From Pseudomonadota bacterium (GTDB taxonomy: Bacteria > Myxococcota > JACRCW01 > JAFGSX01), in the NCBI GenBank assembly GCA_043821645.1, contig JBDRCO010000026.1, positions 1 to 59,550 of the forward strand: a stretch of 59,550 nt of DNA, read 5' to 3'. The position numbers and the translations under genes were made by a program. Position 1 is the stretch's first letter, and each line of letters opens with the position of its first letter. Below the pieces are notes generated by a model, which saw only the letters and a program-made list of their open reading frames with translations, did not search any database and had not been told where the DNA came from. Positions 55,524 to 59,550 of the stretch are shown in pieces.

Positions 55524-58181
55524 ATGGCAGAGAGCATGGACGGCGGAGCCCGCCCCGCGCTTCCGGTCAATATCGAAGACGAGATGCGCTCGGCCTATCT
55601 CGATTACTCGATGAGCGTCATCGTGGGCCGCGCCCTGCCCGACGTGCGCGACGGCATGAAGCCGGTGCTCCGGCGCATCCTGTTCGCGATGTACGACGAG
55701 GGCCTGCTACACAGCAAGAAGCACTCGAAATGCGCTGGCGTCGTCGGCGAGGTGCTCAAGAAGTACCACCCCCACGGTGACTCCGCGGTGTACGACGCGC
55801 TGGTGCGCCTGGCCCAGCCGTGGAACCTGCGCTACCCGCTCATCGACGGCCAGGGCAACTTCGGCAGCGTCGACGGCGACCCGGCCGCGGCCTACCGCTA
55901 CACCGAGGCCCGGCTCAAGGCCATCGCCGAAGAGATGCTGGCAGACATTGACGAGGAGACCGTCGACTTTTTGTCGAACTACGACGACAGCACCCAGGAG
56001 CCCGCGGTGTTGCCGGCCAAGCTGCCCAACCTGCTGGTGAACGGCAGCGAGGGCATCGCTGTGGGCATGGCCACCAAGATGCCCCCTCACAACCTCGGCG
56101 AGATCATCGACGGTTGTCTGATGCTCCTGGACAGGCCGCAGACCACGGTGCGTGAACTGATGCAGGTGATCCCCGGTCCGGACTTCCCGACCGGCGCCTT
56201 CATCTGCGGCACGGCCGGCATCCGCCAGGCCTACGAGAGCGGTCGCGGCACGGTCAAGATGCGCGCCAAGTGTCGCATCGAGGAGACCGCCAAGGGTCGT
56301 GAGCAGATCATCATCGACGAGATCCCTTTTCAGGTGAACAAGGCGCGCCTGGTCGAGCGCATCGCCGAGCTGGTGCACGACAAGCGCATCGAGGGCATCA
56401 GCGATGTGCGCGACGAGAGCGACCGCGAGGGCATGCGCGTCGTCATCGAGCTCAAGCGGGACGCCATCTCCGAGGTGGTGCTCAACGGCCTGTACAAGCA
56501 CACGGCGCTGCAGAGTTCCTTTGGTATCATCAACCTCGCCATCGTGGGTGGGCAGCCACGCGTGATGACGCTCGCCGAACTGATCAGCCTGTTCCTCGAC
56601 CACAGGCGCGAGGTGGTGACCCGGCGCAGCCGCTTCCGCCTGCGCAAGGCCCAGGAGCGCTTTCACCTGCTGGCAGGCCTGGTGGTGGCCGTCGACGCCA
56701 TTGACCGCGTCATCGAGATCATTCGCTCGTCGCCGGATTCCGACACCGCGCGCGTGCGCCTGTGCGCCGAGAAGTTTTCCGGCGTGGCGCAGATCGGCCT
56801 GTTCACCTCGTCGCCGACGCCCCAGATCGAGGGCTGGCTGGTCCAGGGTTTTGCCAACCTCGACGAGGATCAGGCCAAGGCCATCCTGGAAATGCGCCTG
56901 AGCCGCCTCACCGGCCTCGAGCGCGAGAAGCTGCTGAGCGAGGGCGAGGATCTCAAGGTCGTGATCGCCGAGCTGCAGGCCATCCTCGACGACCCGACCC
57001 GGCTCAAGACCGTGATCCGCGAGGAACTCACCACCATTCGCGCCACCTACAACGACCCACGGCGCACCGTCATCACCACGGATGTCGAGGAATTCGTCGA
57101 CGAGGATCTGATCGCCGAAGAAGAGATGGTGGTCACCTTCACCCACGCCGGCTACCTCAAGCGCACGCCGCTGACCGCGTATCGCGCGCAGCGACGCGGC
57201 GGACGCGGCAGGGGGGCCGCGCGGCCCCGCGAGGAGGACTTCGTCAGCCACCTGTTCGTGGCCTCGACCCACGCCTTCTTGCTGTGCTTCAGCGACCTAG
57301 GCAAGGTGTACTGGCTCAAGGTGCACGCGCTGCCAGAGGCCAGCCCGCAGGCCCGCGGCAAGGCCATCGTCAACCTGCTGCAACTCAGCGCGGGCGAGAA
57401 CGTGCGCGCGGTGCTGCCGGTGCGCGAGTTCGAGGAAGGCAAGTACATCCTGACCTGTACCCGGGGCGGCACCGTCAAGAAGACCTCCCTCATGGAATAT
57501 GCGAACCCGCGCAGCGTCGGCCTCATCGCCTGCGGCATCAACGAGGGTGACGCTCTGATCGGCGCCTACCTGACCTCCGGTGACGACGACATCGTGCTCG
57601 CCACACGCACCGGCATGGCCATCCGATTCAACGAGAGCGAGGTGCGCTCCATGGGGCGCGCCGCGGTTGGTGTGCGCGGCATCGCTCTCGAGGACCAGGA
57701 TGCGGTGGTGGGCAGCATGGTGTTGCAGGAGGCCTGCCCCATCCTCACCGTCACCGAGAATGGCTACGGCAAGCGCACCCGCTCCGATGAGTACCGGGTG
57801 CAGGGCCGCGGCGGCAAGGGCATCATCACCATCAAGGCCAACGACCGAAATGGTTCGGTGGTCGGCGTGGTGCCGGTGCTCGAAGGTGACGAGGTCATGG
57901 TGGTCACCGATCGCGGCCGCTTGATTCGCACCAAGGCCGACAACATCTCCATCATCGGCCGCAACACCCAGGGTGTGCGCATCATGCCCGTCGACGAGGG
58001 TGAGCGCGTTGTCAGCGTGGCGCGCATCGAGGAGCAAGAAGACGTGGACGGCGATGCCGACGCTTTGGACGCTGCGGTCCTCGAGAATGCAGGTCCCGAG
58101 GATGCAGACAGCGAGCCCCAGACCTCTGACCTCGACGCCAGCGCCGCATCCGACGACGGCGAGGATGATTCCGACACCTGA
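55524..58181 (+). CDS. gyrA: DNA gyrase subunit A
   Basis: [33 protein letters not shown] catalytic Tyr; GyrA box QRRGGRG; acidic tail; alternative start at 55506. Confidence 0.98.
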   Translation: MAESMDGGARPALPVNIEDEMRSAYLDYSMSVIVGRALPDVRDGMKPVLRRILFAMYDEGLLHSKKHSKCAGVVGEVLKKYHPHGDSAVYDALVRLAQPWNLRYPLIDGQGNFGSVDGDPAAAYRYTEARLKAIAEEMLADIDEETVDFLSNYDDSTQEPAVLPAKLPNLLVNGSEGIAVGMATKMPPHNLGEIIDGCLMLLDRPQTTVRELMQVIPGPDFPTGAFICGTAGIRQAYESGRGTVKMRAKCRIEETAKGREQIIIDEIPFQVNKARLVERIAELVHDKRIEGISDVRDESDREGMRVVIELKRDAISEVVLNGLYKHTALQSSFGIINLAIVGGQPRVMTLAELISLFLDHRREVVTRRSRFRLRKAQERFHLLAGLVVAVDAIDRVIEIIRSSPDSDTARVRLCAEKFSGVAQIGLFTSSPTPQIEGWLVQGFANLDEDQAKAILEMRLSRLTGLEREKLLSEGEDLKVVIAELQAILDDPTRLKTVIREELTTIRATYNDPRRTVITTDVEEFVDEDLIAEEEMVVTFTHAGYLKRTPLTAYRAQRRGGRGRGAARPREEDFVSHLFVASTHAFLLCFSDLGKVYWLKVHALPEASPQARGKAIVNLLQLSAGENVRAVLPVREFEEGKYILTCTRGGTVKKTSLMEYANPRSVGLIACGINEGDALIGAYLTSGDDDIVLATRTGMAIRFNESEVRSMGRAAVGVRGIALEDQDAVVGSMVLQEACPILTVTENGYGKRTRSDEYRVQGRGGKGIITIKANDRNGSVVGVVPVLEGDEVMVVTDRGRLIRTKADNISIIGRNTQGVRIMPVDEGERVVSVARIEEQEDVDGDADALDAAVLENAGPEDADSEPQTSDLDASAASDDGEDDSDT

Positions 58182-58229
58182 GCCCGTTTACCGAAACTGG
58201 CGACAGCATCATCGACCGGAGCGGCGCCC

Positions 58230-59228
58230 TCAGGCCTCGACGCTGCGAAGAAACGCAGCCGCCTTCTCGGGCAGCACGGTGTTGATGAACATGCCACTGC
58301 CGAGTTCGAAGCCCGCCGAGGTCGAGACCCGCGGCACCAGGCTCAGGTACCAGTGAAAGTAGGGACTCTGGCAGGGCGTTCCCGGGATCGAGCGAATCAC
58401 GAAGTTGTAGTCCGGGTCATCGAGACCCTTGTGAATCTTGCGCAGCACCGACCGCAGGATCAGCGCCAGATCCCCCATCTCCGCGTTGGACAGCTCGGGG
58501 AAGGCCGAGTGATGGCGCTTGGGCAGGATCCAGATGTGAAAGGGCGATAGCGCGGCGTACAGCACGAAGGCCGCGAAATACTCTGTCTCGGCCACCATGC
58601 GCTCGTCCTCGCGCAACTCCTCGGCCAGCATGGCGCAGTACACACAGGTACGATGGTCGTCGTAGTAGCGCACCGCCAGCTGCACGCGCTGTCGCACCTG
58701 GGCCGGCACCACGGGGGTGGCGATCATCTGCGAGTGCGGATGCTCGAGCGAGGTTCCGGCCGTCACACCGTGGTTCTTGAACAGGGTGACCAGCTCCACC
58801 CGTGGGTCTGACACCGCGGTCAGATACGAGGTGCGGTACACGTCCAGAACCCGGGTCAGTTGCTCCACCTCGAGCTGGGCCAGCCCGAGGTCATGCCGCG
58901 GGGCCTCGACGATGACGTCGTGCAAGCCCACCCCACTCATCCAGCGTCGCGTGCCCTGCTCCTGGTACATGAGCTCGCCGCCGCGCGACACCGCCGGATA
59001 CTTGTTGGACACCACGCGCACCAGCCACTGCCCCTCGGCGTCGCGCAGCACGCACTGCTCATCCGGAGAAAGGTGCTCGTTCCCCGGACAGAAGGGGCAG
59101 CTCTCGCTGTGGCGGACGGGTGTTCCGCCGGTCTCCCGCGGCCGGATGAAGTCCTCGGGCCGGTTGCTGCGCTCGGGCGCGATGATGACCCACTCCTTGG
59201 TCGCGATGTTCTGCCTGAGCTCGGACAT
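58230..59228 (-). CDS. galT: Galactose-1-phosphate uridylyltransferase family protein
   Basis: MSELRQ..WVIIAPER..RP; CPFCPGNE; FKNHG..AGTSLEHPHSQ; AGFELGSG. Confidence 0.92.
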   Translation of the reverse strand: MSELRQNIATKEWVIIAPERSNRPEDFIRPRETGGTPVRHSESCPFCPGNEHLSPDEQCVLRDAEGQWLVRVVSNKYPAVSRGGELMYQEQGTRRWMSGVGLHDVIVEAPRHDLGLAQLEVEQLTRVLDVYRTSYLTAVSDPRVELVTLFKNHGVTAGTSLEHPHSQMIATPVVPAQVRQRVQLAVRYYDDHRTCVYCAMLAEELREDERMVAETEYFAAFVLYAALSPFHIWILPKRHHSAFPELSNAEMGDLALILRSVLRKIHKGLDDPDYNFVIRSIPGTPCQSPYFHWYLSLVPRVSTSAGFELGSGMFINTVLPEKAAAFLRSVEA

Positions 59229-59288
59229 GGATGACTCGCTGGTCGGAGGAAGGCGTCGGCACCCGATGGTGGCTGCCACCGTGAGGGA

Positions 59289-59550
59289 TCAGTGGAAAGT
59301 ATACCCCGCGCGCAGGGTCTCGCTGAACACGTTGGACAGGCCGTGGTACAGCACGCAGCCCAGGATGGATCCGGAGCGCGCGCGCATGGCCGAGAATAGC
59401 AGGGCCGGAAAGAAGGGCCCCAGCCGCGCCGGATTGCCCCACTCGCCCGCATAGTGCCCCAGGGCAAACAGGCCGCTGGTCACCACGATGGCCCAGCCCA
59501 GGGGTACGCCGAAGCGCACCAGCCAGGGCGGCCAGGCCTTGACCAGTCGC
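59289..59550 (-). CDS. CPBP-family intramembrane glutamic protease, myxosortase-like (partial; 5' end outside window)
   Basis: TSGLFALGH; RLGPFFPALLF..MRARSGSI..VLYHGLSN. Confidence 0.75.
   Translation of the reverse strand, partial: RLVKAWPPWLVRFGVPLGWAIVVTSGLFALGHYAGEWGNPARLGPFFPALLFSAMRARSGSILGCVLYHGLSNVFSETLRAGYTFH

Noticed and set aside
595-59454. Many long alternative-frame or antisense ORFs (e.g. 595-2082, 2113-3816, 18904-21069, 26651-28915, 43476-45779, 47904-50012, 55707-57272)
   Set aside because: These are shadows of real genes caused by high GC3. They lack motifs and overlap better-supported CDSs.
1-59550. tRNA/rRNA genes, prophage, IS or defence island
   Set aside because: No cloverleaf or rRNA signatures, and no integrase, transposase, phage or defence motifs were recognised. 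Composition looks uniform.

Overview
High-GC (about 70% by eye) bacterial chromosomal segment, most likely Myxococcota. This is inferred from MYXO-CTERM-tailed proteins, a myxosortase-like protease, many Cys-rich lipoproteins, a vWA lipoprotein and a Ser/Thr kinase. About 42 genes are supported. Housekeeping genes include gyrA, murI, a UvrD/PcrA helicase, lutABC, galT, a GH57 enzyme, pirin and a saccharopine dehydrogenase-like enzyme. The remainder are mostly secreted or surface proteins. I saw no tRNA, rRNA, CRISPR array, integrase or transposase. Strongest novel candidates: (1) a signal-peptide leader ending in RGPP whose G-P-P-A codons can pair with the Shine-Dalgarno of the next gene, resembling a SecM/ApdA-type translation-arrest switch, near an accessory SecA2; (2) a temptin-like domain carrying a CxxCH motif and a MYXO-CTERM tail; (3) a 183-nt rod-shaped element closed by a perfect 24-bp inverted repeat; (4) an ECF / FecR-TonB anti-sigma / orphan DctP / paired LysM membrane-protein locus; (5) a structured repeat element of about 200 bp. 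All family assignments come from motif recognition, not database searches.
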